Assembly (NCBI GenBank): GCA_036012755.1
Contig: DASCPX010000016.1
Coordinates: forward strand, 1 to 64,000
Direction of reading: 5' to 3'
DNA length: 64,000 nucleotides
Source of the DNA: Myxococcota bacterium
Lineage (GTDB): Bacteria > Myxococcota_A > UBA796 > CAJQPC01
The first letter of the stretch is position 1, and every line of letters begins with the position of its first letter. Positions 38,223 to 48,580 of the stretch are shown here, in pieces. Under the pieces are notes generated by a model. That model was not told where the DNA came from. It worked only from the letters and a program-made list of their open reading frames with translations, and made no database searches. Made by a program: the position numbers and the translations under genes.

Positions 38223-39489
38223 GGCCGGCCGGGCGGACTCGTCGCGGGTTGCGCCCATCCTCGATCCTGCCAGCCAGATCCTCGCTGATCGGTCCCTCGG
38301 ACAGCGCCTCCCAGGTGGCCTCCGAGACGTAGCTGTAGTCCCCGTCGAGCACGGTGAACTCACCGGTCCACTCATGCGGCCGCACCCCCCACACGATGCG
38401 GCCGATGCGCTGTCGGTCCAGCTCGGGCTCCGGGGCCCAGGCCATGGCCTCGCCGCCGGTCTCGTGGTCGTAGAGGAAGTTGATGCCCACGTGGGCGATG
38501 AGCAGCTCCGGGCGCTCGGGGAGTCCCTCGATGAGGCCTCGATAGCGCTCGTAGGGGGGGTGCTGGCGCGGGTCGAAGCCGACCGGGATCACCAGGAGCA
38601 GGGGCAGGCAGAAGGGGGCCGGGATGCGGGGGATCAGCCCCAAGGCCAACAGCGGTGTCATCAGCGCCAGCCGATACCCGAGGTCCAGCTCGTCCTGCTT
38701 CCAGGGAACGAGCAGACACACGGCCAATGGCAGCAGGAAGATCCAGCGTCGCTCGCGCAGGAGGCCGTAGATCAGCGCCGCCCAGCCCCCGAGCAGCTCG
38801 AGGACCTGGAGCGGATGGGTCGGTCGCAGCGACAGCCAGGACAAGGGCAGGCTCGGCTCGAGGTGCACCCGCTCGAGATCCGAGGGGTGCAGGAGCCCGG
38901 GGAGCACCCACGACAAGAGGCAAAACACTGCGATCAGCGAGACACCGCCAAGCAGGACGCGCCTCTCGACGCGCTCGGCCAACAGGCCCAACAGCCCCAG
39001 CACCACGAAGGCTGCGCCGATGCGGTGGGCGCTGGCGCAGAGCACGCCCCCGAGGACCGCCAGCCACCAGCGTCGCCCGATCAGCCCAGCCGCGAAGAGC
39101 AACCACGGCGCTGCCATGCCCAGGTTCTTGGGGAAGTCCCCGCCGAGGTGCGTCAGCGTCGGAGAGGCCGCCGCAAGGAGCGCCAGGGTCCAGGGGCGGC
39201 CCAGCTCCCGCCCCAGCAGCCAGGCAGCCGGGACCACCAACGCGGCCAACAGCGCGGCCCCCACCTTCATCGCCAGGATGGGCTCGAAGACCAGGCCCAG
39301 GATCCCGAGAAAGCGCAGCACCCAGCTGGCGTCCGGTACGTGGAGCCCCAGCCCAGAGGACCAGTCCGCGATCTGGACCACGTAGTAGTAGCCGTCGGTG
39401 CCCGGGGGCTCCGGGGTGCGCAGCGACCACGCCAGCCTCGCGGCGAAGACCCCTGCGGACAGCAGGAGCAGGAGGGAGCCCCGACGCAC
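38206..39489 (-). CDS. Polytopic membrane protein, GT-C-like
   Basis: TM followed by a GTDGYYY loop and about 10 TM segments. Confidence 0.6.
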   Translation of the reverse strand: MRRGSLLLLLSAGVFAARLAWSLRTPEPPGTDGYYYVVQIADWSSGLGLHVPDASWVLRFLGILGLVFEPILAMKVGAALLAALVVPAAWLLGRELGRPWTLALLAAASPTLTHLGGDFPKNLGMAAPWLLFAAGLIGRRWWLAVLGGVLCASAHRIGAAFVVLGLLGLLAERVERRVLLGGVSLIAVFCLLSWVLPGLLHPSDLERVHLEPSLPLSWLSLRPTHPLQVLELLGGWAALIYGLLRERRWIFLLPLAVCLLVPWKQDELDLGYRLALMTPLLALGLIPRIPAPFCLPLLLVIPVGFDPRQHPPYERYRGLIEGLPERPELLIAHVGINFLYDHETGGEAMAWAPEPELDRQRIGRIVWGVRPHEWTGEFTVLDGDYSYVSEATWEALSEGPISEDLAGRIEDGRNPRRVRPAGLTRRR

Positions 39490-40506
39490 TCAGTCGCGCA
39501 GGTGGCGGTTCAGGTACTCGAAGTCGGTGGTGTCCCCAGAGATGTGCACGTCCGAGGACCAGCTCTGGCCGTAGTGGCCGAAGTCGTCCAGCAGCCCGAG
39601 CCCATCCGACTCCAGCCGCGCCATCCCGCCCTGCTGCCGCACGACCCAGAGCTGCTCGTCATCGGCCGCGACGTTGGTCAGGTACTCGTCCATCGTGGTG
39701 GAGTCGACCAACCCCCCGGCGTCGAACTGGTAGAGCGAGGCCCCGTGCTTGTTCGCGAGGTAGACGTGGTCCCGATCCGAGGCCAGGGACCTGGGGCGGC
39801 TGGACGCGGCGTGGGTGTCGGTGACGCCGAAGGTGGACAGGTCGACCTGGAAGAGCAGGTCCTCGTTGGTGACCGCCACCCAGCGCGTGCTCCCCTCGAC
39901 GTGCACCGCCTGCGGGTAGTGCGCCATCGTGGTGTTGCCGGTGTAGACGTCCGGGTAGCCCTCGAAGGTGAGCGAGGCGACCTCCTCGAGGGTGGCCCGG
40001 TCCAAGACAGCGACACGACCTTCGTAGGGGTAGCTCGAGCCCAGGTCGAAGAGCGCCGCGTAGACGTGGTCCTCGTCTAGATCGAGGTCCAGCACCTGCA
40101 CATCGACGAGCGAGGTCATCTCGACCACCGAGCCGGTCTTGTCGAGCACGTAGAGGGTCTGGTCGTCGTTGGAGGCGACGAAGACCTCCTCGTCGTCCAG
40201 GGCGATGGCCAGGTGCGCGCTGCCGAGCTCGATCTCCTCGACCTCGAGCAGGAGCAGGTCGGCGTCGCCGCCGTTGTAGACCACGAGCGACTTGTCCTGG
40301 GCAGGGCACACATCGGCGAGGCTCGGCCAGCCATAGGAGCGCGGCGTGAGCACGATGTCGGGCTCGAGCACCGGCGCTTCGCTGTCCACGGGAGAGTCGG
40401 CGGGGGAGTCCACCGGGCTGTCCTCGACCTCCGAGTCATGGGTCGAGGGCTGCGACTCTCGAGGAACGACCTGGTTCTCCGTGCACGCGACGAGCAGCAG
40501 CAGCAT
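39490..40506 (-). CDS. Lipoprotein with partial Ig-like unit and beta-propeller repeats (possibly internally deleted)
   Basis: MLLLLVAC; PDIVLTP...N.GDADL; blade-like repeats. Confidence 0.65.
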   Translation of the reverse strand: MLLLLVACTENQVVPRESQPSTHDSEVEDSPVDSPADSPVDSEAPVLEPDIVLTPRSYGWPSLADVCPAQDKSLVVYNGGDADLLLLEVEEIELGSAHLAIALDDEEVFVASNDDQTLYVLDKTGSVVEMTSLVDVQVLDLDLDEDHVYAALFDLGSSYPYEGRVAVLDRATLEEVASLTFEGYPDVYTGNTTMAHYPQAVHVEGSTRWVAVTNEDLLFQVDLSTFGVTDTHAASSRPRSLASDRDHVYLANKHGASLYQFDAGGLVDSTTMDEYLTNVAADDEQLWVVRQQGGMARLESDGLGLLDDFGHYGQSWSSDVHISGDTTDFEYLNRHLRD

Positions 40507-40548
40507 GGGCCCTCCGGCGGGCAGGTTAGCGCGCCTCGGGAGGAAGTC

Positions 40549-41214
40549 GTGGTCTGGCTCATCTCATGCATCAGCGGCGAAGAGGTCGTCGTCGGTCCGG
40601 GCCTCGATCAGACAGACGACAGCTCGGTGATCGAGGGGCCGTGCGCTGACGACATGGTCGAGGTCGAGGACTTCTGCATCGACCGCTACGAGGCCTTCGT
40701 CACCGACGGGGTCGCCGAAAACGGCGAGGGCGAGACCCCCACCGGCTACCACTCGGGAGAGCAGGCCGAGCTGTACTGCGAAGCCGCCGACAAGCGCCTC
40801 TGCACAAGCGAGGAGTGGCTGCACGCCTGTCAGGGGGAGCCGCCGACCACCTGGCCATACGGCGACACCTACGATCCGACGGCCTGCAACGACAGCTACC
40901 CGGGAGGTCACCCGGTGGTGGACTACTTCGGCACCTCCGACGGGACCTGGAACACGGAGCACATGAACGATCCCGGCATCAACGAGCAGCCGGACACGGT
41001 CGATCCCAGCGGGGAAAACCTGTCCTGCGTCAGCATCGATGGGGTCTACGACCTTCACGGCAACCTCCACGAATGGGTCGCCGAGAGCGTGTTCCGGGGC
41101 GGGTTCTACGCGGACGCGGAGCTCAACGGACCCGGTTGCACCTAAGTCACGACCGCCCACGCAACGAGCTACCACGACTACTCGACGGGCTTCCGCTGCT
41201 GCGCGGACCCCTGA
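40549..41214 (+). pseudogene. FGE-sulfatase (SUMF1)-domain lipoprotein with a premature stop
   Basis: FCIDRYE, KRLCT.EEW..AC, YDLHGNLHEW; TAA 41143-45, then in-frame ...DYSTGFRCC. Confidence 0.8.
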
Positions 41215-41260
41215 GACTCGACGATATGCTGCGGCTGTCAGGGCCGCGAGTGGAGGAACC

Positions 41261-42295
41261 GTGATCCTGCTTCTGTCCGCCGAGGCCTTTGCCTGCGGCG
41301 CCTTCTTCGGCCCGGAACCCGTCATCTCGGACAGCCAGGTCGTAGCCTTCCGTCCGGGCTCCGGGTCCACAGAGGTCGAGTACCGCGTGGCCTACGCGGG
41401 CGACGCAGAGGACTTCGGCTGGGTCATCCCGGTGCCCGGTGACGTCGAAGAGGTCGAAGAGGGTGACCCCGACGCCCTCATGGACGCCGTCCAGGACAGC
41501 GAGCCGAGCATCGAGCACTACTACGACGAGCCCCGCTTCGGCTGCAGCGGAAAGGGGGACGACCTCACCGACTCGAGTGGCGGCATGGGGACCGACTCCG
41601 GCCTCGTCGAGGGCAGCGGGAGCGCGGGGATCTTCGAGTGGACCGCGCTCTCCGGCGAGGAGTCCGAGCCCCTGATCTCCTGGCTCGACGAGCGCGGCTT
41701 CGTCAACGGCGACACCAGCGCCATCGAGGACTACGTCGCAGAGGGCGGCTGGACCTTCATCGCCTTGTCGATGACCCAGACCCCGGACGGCGCCGGCGAC
41801 AGCGGCTGGGGCCACACCATGCCCCAGGCCGCGGTGCGCATCACCTACGCGGGTGACGACATCAGGTACCCGGCGCACATGACCAGCACCTCTGGCGCCG
41901 AGAGGCAGACCACCACCATCCTGGTCTTCGGTGATGAGCGCGCGACCGTCAGCGGCTGGTCCTCGGCAAAGGTCGGCGACCTCTTCGGCGACATCGACGA
42001 CGACCCGGCCGAGCTCTACGCGGACCGCCTCTGGGACCTCGGAGGCGACTCCCCCGGCTACGGTCTCGTCTACGCGCAGGCCTACCGCGGCGAGTGGCTC
42101 ACCCGCTTCGACGCCATGGCCCTGTCCACAGCCCACACAGAAGACGCCGTCTTTGCAATCGACGGGGGCACCGACCCGGTCTCGAGCTCGATCCAGCTCT
42201 ACGAGAAAGAGAGGGACCGTGACAAAGCCGAGAACGCCTTGTTCCTCCTGCCCCTGGGCCTGCTCGGACTGATCGGGCTGCGCCGTCGGCAATAG
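41261..42295 (+). CDS. DUF2330-like protein with C-terminal TM and RRR
   Basis: AFAC, G.AEDFGWVIPVP, WL...GF, YV..G..F.A, LTRF. Confidence 0.75.
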   Translation: MILLLSAEAFACGAFFGPEPVISDSQVVAFRPGSGSTEVEYRVAYAGDAEDFGWVIPVPGDVEEVEEGDPDALMDAVQDSEPSIEHYYDEPRFGCSGKGDDLTDSSGGMGTDSGLVEGSGSAGIFEWTALSGEESEPLISWLDERGFVNGDTSAIEDYVAEGGWTFIALSMTQTPDGAGDSGWGHTMPQAAVRITYAGDDIRYPAHMTSTSGAERQTTTILVFGDERATVSGWSSAKVGDLFGDIDDDPAELYADRLWDLGGDSPGYGLVYAQAYRGEWLTRFDAMALSTAHTEDAVFAIDGGTDPVSSSIQLYEKERDRDKAENALFLLPLGLLGLIGLRRRQ

Positions 42296-42326
42296 GCGAG
42301 GCCGACGCCACGTCTAAGATCCGGAC

Positions 42327-43244
42327 GTGACGGATCTCCTAGCTCCTACCGGGCCCCTCGTGATGTCCTCGGTCGACGTGGTCGCCGGGGACTATCGCAT
42401 CCTCGACGGGGTCACGCTGAAGCTGCATCCCGGTGAGCTCTGCGGGCTCATCGGGCCCTCCGGGGCCGGCAAGAGCACCCTGATCAAGGTGCTGCTCGGC
42501 CTGCGAGACCCGAGGTCCGGCGACGCAAAGCTCGGCGGCGGGCCGGTGACCGCGGTGCCCATCGGGTACGTGCCCCAGGACGACGCGCTCCATCGCACGC
42601 TCACGGTCCAGCAGGCCCTGTCGTTCTCCGCCGAGCTGAGGCTGCCGGAGCTCGGCCCCGAAGAGCGCGCGGCCCGGATCACGGAGGTGGTCCAGCAGGT
42701 GCAGCTCGACGAGCGCATGGACGTGCGCGTCAAGCGCCTGTCCGGCGGTCAGCGCAAGCGGGTGTCGGTGGCACTCGAGCTGCTGACCGAGCCGCCGATC
42801 CTCATCCTCGACGAGCCCACCAGCGGGCTGGATCCAGGTCTTGAGGCCACGATGATGGAGCTCTTCGAGGGTCTCGCGAAGTCCGGTCGCATCGTGCTGG
42901 TCGCCACCCACGCGATGCAGTCGTTGCTGCGCTGCCAGGCCCTGTGCGTGCTCGTGAAGGGTCGCGTCGCCTACTTCGGTCCTCCAGAGGACGCCCCGGC
43001 CCACTTCGGCGTGGGCACCTTCGCGGGCATCTTCGAGGCCCTGGCACGGAAGGCCCCCGCCGAGTGGGCGAAGGTCTGGAACGCCTCGTCGATGCGTCCG
43101 GCCTTCCTCGGCCGTGGAGCCCCCGCGATCGGCGGTTCGACGAGGAAGCAGCTGCCAGAGGTGACGGAAGCGCCCGCCGAGGAGCCCGAGCCGATGTCCG
43201 CAGCGGAGCAGCTCGCCGCGATGAAGGCGGAGCTGAAGAAGTGA
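42327..43244 (+). CDS. ABC transporter ATP-binding protein (ABCG-type)
   Basis: GPSGAGKST, YVPQDD, LSGGQRKRVS, LDEPTSGLD. Confidence 0.95.
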   Translation: MTDLLAPTGPLVMSSVDVVAGDYRILDGVTLKLHPGELCGLIGPSGAGKSTLIKVLLGLRDPRSGDAKLGGGPVTAVPIGYVPQDDALHRTLTVQQALSFSAELRLPELGPEERAARITEVVQQVQLDERMDVRVKRLSGGQRKRVSVALELLTEPPILILDEPTSGLDPGLEATMMELFEGLAKSGRIVLVATHAMQSLLRCQALCVLVKGRVAYFGPPEDAPAHFGVGTFAGIFEALARKAPAEWAKVWNASSMRPAFLGRGAPAIGGSTRKQLPEVTEAPAEEPEPMSAAEQLAAMKAELKK

Positions 43245-43972
43245 ACCTCGTCAAGCGCCAGCTCGGGGTGCTCACGCGCCGCTACGCCGCCTGCACCGTC
43301 GGGGACCCGCTGACGGTCTTCCTGCTGTTGGCCCAGGCCCCCTTCATCGGGTACCTCTGCACGCTCGTGTGGGGCGCAGCCGGCAGGGAGACCGAGTCGC
43401 TGTACTTCGTGATGGCGCTCTCCAGCGTGTGGTTCGGCTGCATCAACGCCTGCCGCGAGGTCGTCAAGGAGCGGGCCATCGTCGAGCGCGAGCGCTTCTT
43501 CGGTCTGTCACTCCCCGCCTACGTGGGCTCCAAGTTCGCCGTCCTCGCCGGCATCGGGCTGGTCCAGGTCGTGCTCATGCAGGCGGCCATCGAGTGGTCG
43601 ATGGCGCTGAAGGGGCCCTTCTTGGTCCAGACCATGGCGATGTTCGGCAGCATGCTCTGCGGCATGGGGCTCGGGTTGTTGGTCTCGGCCATCTCGAAGA
43701 GCCAGGAGCGCGCCGTCGGCGCGATCCCGCTGTTGATCCTCCCCCAGATCCTGTTCTCCGAGGTCGCCCTGCCCGAGCGCTACCACGGTGAGGCGATGTC
43801 CCTGTTGGAGAACCTCATGCCGGCCCACTGGGGCTTCCAGGCGATCCGGGAGCTGGCAGCTGCGGAAATCGAGTGGGCGACGGTGGTCGGGAGCCTCGGC
43901 GCCCTCGGCGTGCAGACCCTGGTGCTCGCCGTCCTGGCGATGCTGGCCCTGATCCCACGGAGGGACGTGTGA
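43241..43972 (+). CDS. ABC-2 type permease
   Basis: GTGA overlap; REVVKERAI..RER, GLLVSA, PQILFS. Confidence 0.9.
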   Translation: MNLVKRQLGVLTRRYAACTVGDPLTVFLLLAQAPFIGYLCTLVWGAAGRETESLYFVMALSSVWFGCINACREVVKERAIVERERFFGLSLPAYVGSKFAVLAGIGLVQVVLMQAAIEWSMALKGPFLVQTMAMFGSMLCGMGLGLLVSAISKSQERAVGAIPLLILPQILFSEVALPERYHGEAMSLLENLMPAHWGFQAIRELAAAEIEWATVVGSLGALGVQTLVLAVLAMLALIPRRDV

Positions 43973-44463
43973 AGAAGTACGCAATCGGCCTCGGCGTCCT
44001 GCTGGTCGCCGCCCTCGGCTACCTCGCCGCCGCGCACCTCTCGGGCGGCCAGTACCCGACCCTCGGCATCCCCGGCGTCGGAGGCCACGAGGCCATGCTG
44101 CGCAAGATGTCCCTCGACTTCTGGGAGGACATCCAGTTCAAGGACTTCGAGAAGGCCGCGACCTACCACGAGGAGTCGATGCAGGACGAGGTGGACATCC
44201 CCTTCCTCCTCGACCGGCTCTACGGCGTGCCCCCAGAGTCCATGGACATCCAGCACTACGAGGTGGTGTTCGTGGACATCGACAGCTCGGGCCTGCGCGC
44301 CCGGGTCAAGTGCCGCGTCAAGGCGCTGGAGCTGACCCGGGAGAAGGTCCGGGACCAGGAGATCATCCTCTACTACTACCGGGACTCAGTGGACGACCCC
44401 TGGCACATGAAGCTCGAGGACAGCCTGCGCAAGCCCGAGTCGGACAAGGACAAGAAGCACTAG
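43969..44463 (+). CDS. Membrane-anchored hypothetical protein (possibly NTF2-like)
   Basis: GTGA overlap; MKKYAIG plus TM; FWEDIQFKDFEKA. Confidence 0.75.
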   Translation: MKKYAIGLGVLLVAALGYLAAAHLSGGQYPTLGIPGVGGHEAMLRKMSLDFWEDIQFKDFEKAATYHEESMQDEVDIPFLLDRLYGVPPESMDIQHYEVVFVDIDSSGLRARVKCRVKALELTREKVRDQEIILYYYRDSVDDPWHMKLEDSLRKPESDKDKKH

Positions 44464-44472
44464 CGCCGAGCG

Positions 44473-45459
44473 CTATTCGAAGCCCTTCCTGCACGCCGCG
44501 TCGCAGCGGTGGGCGAGGCCGATCGCACCGGCGGCGAGATTGGTGGGGAGCCCGGTCTCGACAGTCGAGGGCAACAGCGACAGGGTCGGCTCGTAGTGCG
44601 CCGCGTGGCAGAGCCCCGCGACCTCGGCGGCGTCGACACCGACGCTGACCTTCAAGGTCCGGCTCGAGCCGGCACACCGAGAGGTCGTCTGGAAGCTCAG
44701 GTTCCGTCCCGGCGTGGCGCAGGTCAGCTTGGCGTACTCCGCGGCGAGGCTGTCCTCGACCAGCTCGATGGTGGGCAGGGGCGTCGAGTCCTGGGCCTCG
44801 ATCGCGGCGAGCACGGAGCCGAGGGTCTCCCGAGAGTGCCCGGCGACCTTCGCTCTCAGAGCGTCCTCTCGGGCCTCGTAGAGGGACACGCCACCGCCGA
44901 CCCAGCCCTCTTCGTGCACGCAGATGAAGCGCGGAGCGGTAGGGATCTCCTCCGTCAGGGGTCGCAGCGCAGGGGTGGGCGCCGTGGCCTTCTTCGAGAG
45001 GCAGACCTGGAGCGCATCCCGGGCCTCGGGGAGCCCCTTGCCCACCGCCACCTGGTAGTCCCCGAAGCACTTGCGCCTGCGAGCGGCCTCGAGCGCCACC
45101 CAGGGAAGGTCCGCGGTCACGTAGCCGTCGCCCCAGGTCGCGTCCCAGTCTCCGCTGTGGCGCTTGACCTGGACGAACTCACAGGCCCCTGGGCGGACCT
45201 CGTAGCCGGGCACCCGCGGCACATCGGGGGGCTCGATCGAGGCATAGCGCGCGACGAGCACCTCGACCTCGCCGAGGTAGATATCGACGTGCTGATCGAT
45301 GTCGGCGACCAGCCAGGCGTGCTCGATCACCCGAAGGGATCCGCTCTCGAAGTCAGCGGCAAAGGCCTGCACGGTGAGCGTCTCGTCGGGCGTCTTCAAG
45401 GTCGCCGTGCACCGGGCGATGCCGTCGCTGGCGAGAGCGGCCGCGATGAACAACATCAT
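44473..45459 (-). CDS. Secreted Cys-containing hypothetical protein
   Basis: GGAGG SD; MMLFIAAALA. Confidence 0.6.
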   Translation of the reverse strand: MMLFIAAALASDGIARCTATLKTPDETLTVQAFAADFESGSLRVIEHAWLVADIDQHVDIYLGEVEVLVARYASIEPPDVPRVPGYEVRPGACEFVQVKRHSGDWDATWGDGYVTADLPWVALEAARRRKCFGDYQVAVGKGLPEARDALQVCLSKKATAPTPALRPLTEEIPTAPRFICVHEEGWVGGGVSLYEAREDALRAKVAGHSRETLGSVLAAIEAQDSTPLPTIELVEDSLAAEYAKLTCATPGRNLSFQTTSRCAGSSRTLKVSVGVDAAEVAGLCHAAHYEPTLSLLPSTVETGLPTNLAAGAIGLAHRCDAACRKGFE

Positions 45460-45508
45460 CAGGCCTCCAACAGCGGCGACAGCGCCGCAAGAAACAGGGT
45501 GGGGGGCG

Positions 45509-46918
45509 TCACAGGCGCTCCAGGTACTGCTGGGCCCGGGCGTACTCTGGCGCATCGGGGGGAATCTGCAGCCAGGCACCTCTGGCCTGCTCGACCTTGC
45601 CCGCGTTCCCATAGGCGACGCCGAGCATGAAGATGGTCTGGGAGCGAGGAGGCCCCACCCTGAGCGCCTCCTCGAAGAGGGCGATGGCCTCGCCGTGCTC
45701 GCCGAGCTCCATGTGGGCCCGAGCCAGCTGGGCCATGACGATCTCGTTTTCGGGCTCGAGGTCCAAGGCGTGGGTCCACAAGCTCACCGAGTCTGTCCAG
45801 ACCTTGCACTGCTGCCAGGTGAGCACCCCCAGGCCGAGCACCGCGACCACGCCGATGCCCTGCGCCCAGCGACGTCCGACCAGCGTCGCGCAGACCAGCG
45901 CCGCCAGCGGAAGGCAGGAGAAGTAGCTGTAGCGATCAGCGACGAGCTGGGGCCCCGACTGGGCGACGCCCGAAACGGGCGAGAGCAGCACCAGGTACAG
46001 CACCCACGCCACCATCGGCGCTCGGGAGCGCTTCCAGAGGGCAGCACACAGGCCCGTGATCCCGAGCAGGACCAGGGCATTCGTCGCCGTCGGAAGCGCC
46101 GCGCCGTCCCACTCGTAGAGCGGAGAGAGCCCCTGCGGAACCAGCGTCTTGCCGGGGTAGAAGGCCGCGCCGTGGAGCGCCATCTCCAGCCGCTCCGCGA
46201 GGGTGAGCGAGCCGCCCACCAGCGCGCCGCCTTCGGCCTGGGCCCATATGGCGAGCCCACCGAAGAGCAGGGCGAGGCCAAGGAAGGGCAGCTTCTCGAG
46301 CAGGAGTCGGCCCCAGCCCCGACGCTCGAGCCAGACATCCAGCACCAACAGGACCACCGGCAGCGTGATGGCGTGCGCCTTGGCAGCCAGGGACAAGGCC
46401 TGCAATGCCAGCGCGACGAAGAACCAGTGGCGCCCTTCGTCCGCGGCATAGCGCAGCCAGGCGAGCACGCTGCCCGAAAACAGCAGCATGGAGAGCACGT
46501 CGCGCCGCTCGGTGACCCAGGCGACGGACTCGACCCTCAGCGGATGGACCGAGAACAACAGCGCCCCGAGCACCGCGGGGAGCCAGGCGCCCTCGGGCAA
46601 CAGCCTCTTGAGCACCAGGAAGAAGAGCCCCGCCGAGAGGCCGTGCAAGAGCACGTTGGTGAGGTGGTAGCCGAAGGGGTCCATGCCCCACACCACGTGG
46701 TCCAGCGCCAGCGTCATCCACGACAGGGGCGTGTAGTGGCCCATATGAGCGTGGGTCCACATCCAGGCGAGCTCGTCCGCGCCGAGCCCGCGCCAGGTGT
46801 CGTGCTCGAGCAGGGTCCCAGGGTCGTCCCAATTCACCCAGCCCGCCGAAAGCGCCGGGATGAACACGACGATCGTCACCGCCATCACCAGCATCAACGG
46901 GACGGTTGCAGAACGCAT
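45509..46918 (-). CDS. TMTC-like GT-C membrane protein with C-terminal TPRs
   Basis: NWDD, HYTPL, YHLTNVLLH, HPLRVESVAWVTER.D, ADRYSY, TPRs. Confidence 0.88.
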   Translation of the reverse strand: MRSATVPLMLVMAVTIVVFIPALSAGWVNWDDPGTLLEHDTWRGLGADELAWMWTHAHMGHYTPLSWMTLALDHVVWGMDPFGYHLTNVLLHGLSAGLFFLVLKRLLPEGAWLPAVLGALLFSVHPLRVESVAWVTERRDVLSMLLFSGSVLAWLRYAADEGRHWFFVALALQALSLAAKAHAITLPVVLLVLDVWLERRGWGRLLLEKLPFLGLALLFGGLAIWAQAEGGALVGGSLTLAERLEMALHGAAFYPGKTLVPQGLSPLYEWDGAALPTATNALVLLGITGLCAALWKRSRAPMVAWVLYLVLLSPVSGVAQSGPQLVADRYSYFSCLPLAALVCATLVGRRWAQGIGVVAVLGLGVLTWQQCKVWTDSVSLWTHALDLEPENEIVMAQLARAHMELGEHGEAIALFEEALRVGPPRSQTIFMLGVAYGNAGKVEQARGAWLQIPPDAPEYARAQQYLERL

Positions 46919-46940
46919 CGCGTGGCATTCTAGGGCGCGC

Positions 46941-48580
46941 ATGCCGGACGACCCGAAGAAGGCAGCCAACGATGTCCTCCTGGCCCTCGCACGTGCGGGC
47001 CGGAGCTTCCTGCTCTACGACCCCGGAAACGAGGCGATCCGCGGCTTCCTGGAGGACTACCAGGACAGCTGGACACGCTACTCGGAGGCCTTCGGCGACC
47101 TCGATCTCGCCGTTCGCCCTTTCGAGCTCCTGCGCAACGACGAGGTCGTCTACCTGGAGCGCGACCGCGAGCGCAGCCTGTCGTTCAAGATGTTCCGGGA
47201 CGGAGTGCGCACGCTCAGCATCGGCCAGCACGCCACCTGGGACGAGCTCTTGCGGCTCCTCGAGATCCTCTCGATCCGCTTCACGGGAATCCGGCAGCAG
47301 GAGGACGACCTCGTCACCCTGTTGTGGAAGGCGGGCTTCAAGAACATCGACGTCCACGCGGTCGAGGGCTTCATCCCCGACGAGGAGGACGACGAAGACG
47401 AAACCCTCGACGGGCAACGTGAGCACCTCTCCGCCCCGGAGGACCAGGATCTGCCGCACCCGGTCTTCCCTTCTCGCGGGATCGTCACCTACCAGGACAT
47501 CGACCTCGAGGCCCAGGTCGCGGCGCTGTCGGAGGCTGACTCCCGGAACCTGCCAGAGGACGCGCTCCACCTCGCCGGGCTCCTGCTCCAGCTGGTGCGA
47601 GACCCAGACGACCCGATGGAGGCCATCCACCTCCACTTCTACCTGGACGAGCTCCGCGACTTCCTCATGGCGGAGGAACAGATCGGACGCCTCGTGCGGC
47701 TGGTTCGCACGCTGCAGACCAACCTCGCCGACAACCCGCGCCAGCTCGACGAGACCCTCAAGCGCCTGGCAGGGACCGACGCGCTCCTGCGCATCGTGCG
47801 CTCGATCCAGAAGAACCACCAGTCGGCGCCCCCCGAGCTGCTCGAGCTCCTCCACATGCTGCCCGGGGATCACCTCCAGAACCTGCTCGAGGTGCTCTCG
47901 ACGGAGCGCGACCAGGGCAGCCGACGGATCCTGCGCCAGCTCGTCGAGCCCTTCGTGAAGGGCCGTGAGCGCTGGTTCATGGACCAGATCCTCGGCGCGG
48001 AGCCAGAGGTCGCGATCGACCTGGTCCGCAGCGCCGGGAACAGCTCTCCAGAGATGCTGGTCACCCTCGCCCCGGAGCTGGTCGCGCGGGCCGACGAGGG
48101 GGTGGTGAACGAGCTGCTCTGGCAGGCCGACCGCGTCGGCCGCAGCGCGGACCTCGATCGCACGCTCGTGCAGCTCTTGGACTCCGACTTCGAGCGGGTC
48201 CGCATCCGCACCATGCGTTGCCTCGCCGAGCGTCGCTACGAGCCCTGCTTCAGCACCATCTCCTCGCGGGCCGAAGGACGCCGCATCTCCAACCTGGAAG
48301 CCGAGGCCGTCGGCCGAGCCCTCGCCGAGCTGGATCCCGAGCAGGCGGGCGAGCTGTTCCGGAGGTGGATCCGACCGGGGGGGGGATGCTCGGGTTCTTC
48401 GGCGGCAAGGGCAACGACACCCTCTGCTGGACCGCGGCGGCTGGCTTCGAGCACCTCGACGATGCCAAGGACGACTCACTGTTGGAGTGGCTGGCCAAGC
48501 GCGCCGGCGAGGATCTCTACACCCGCTGTCGCAAGTCGTTGGTGAAGCGTCGCCAGCGCCGGGAGGGCCGCCGTGGATGA
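46941..48580 (+). CDS. HEAT-repeat-like protein, frameshifted at G9 (48377-48385)
   Basis: LYDPGN...FRDGVRTL; the natural C-terminus (MLGFFGG...RRG*) lies in another frame and overlaps the next start. Confidence 0.7.

Noticed and set aside
7555..41145. Stop-codon reassignment or selenocysteine to explain the in-frame stops
   Set aside because: The stops are of mixed type (TAA, TGA), mostly in otherwise damaged genes, and all three stop codons terminate normal genes here
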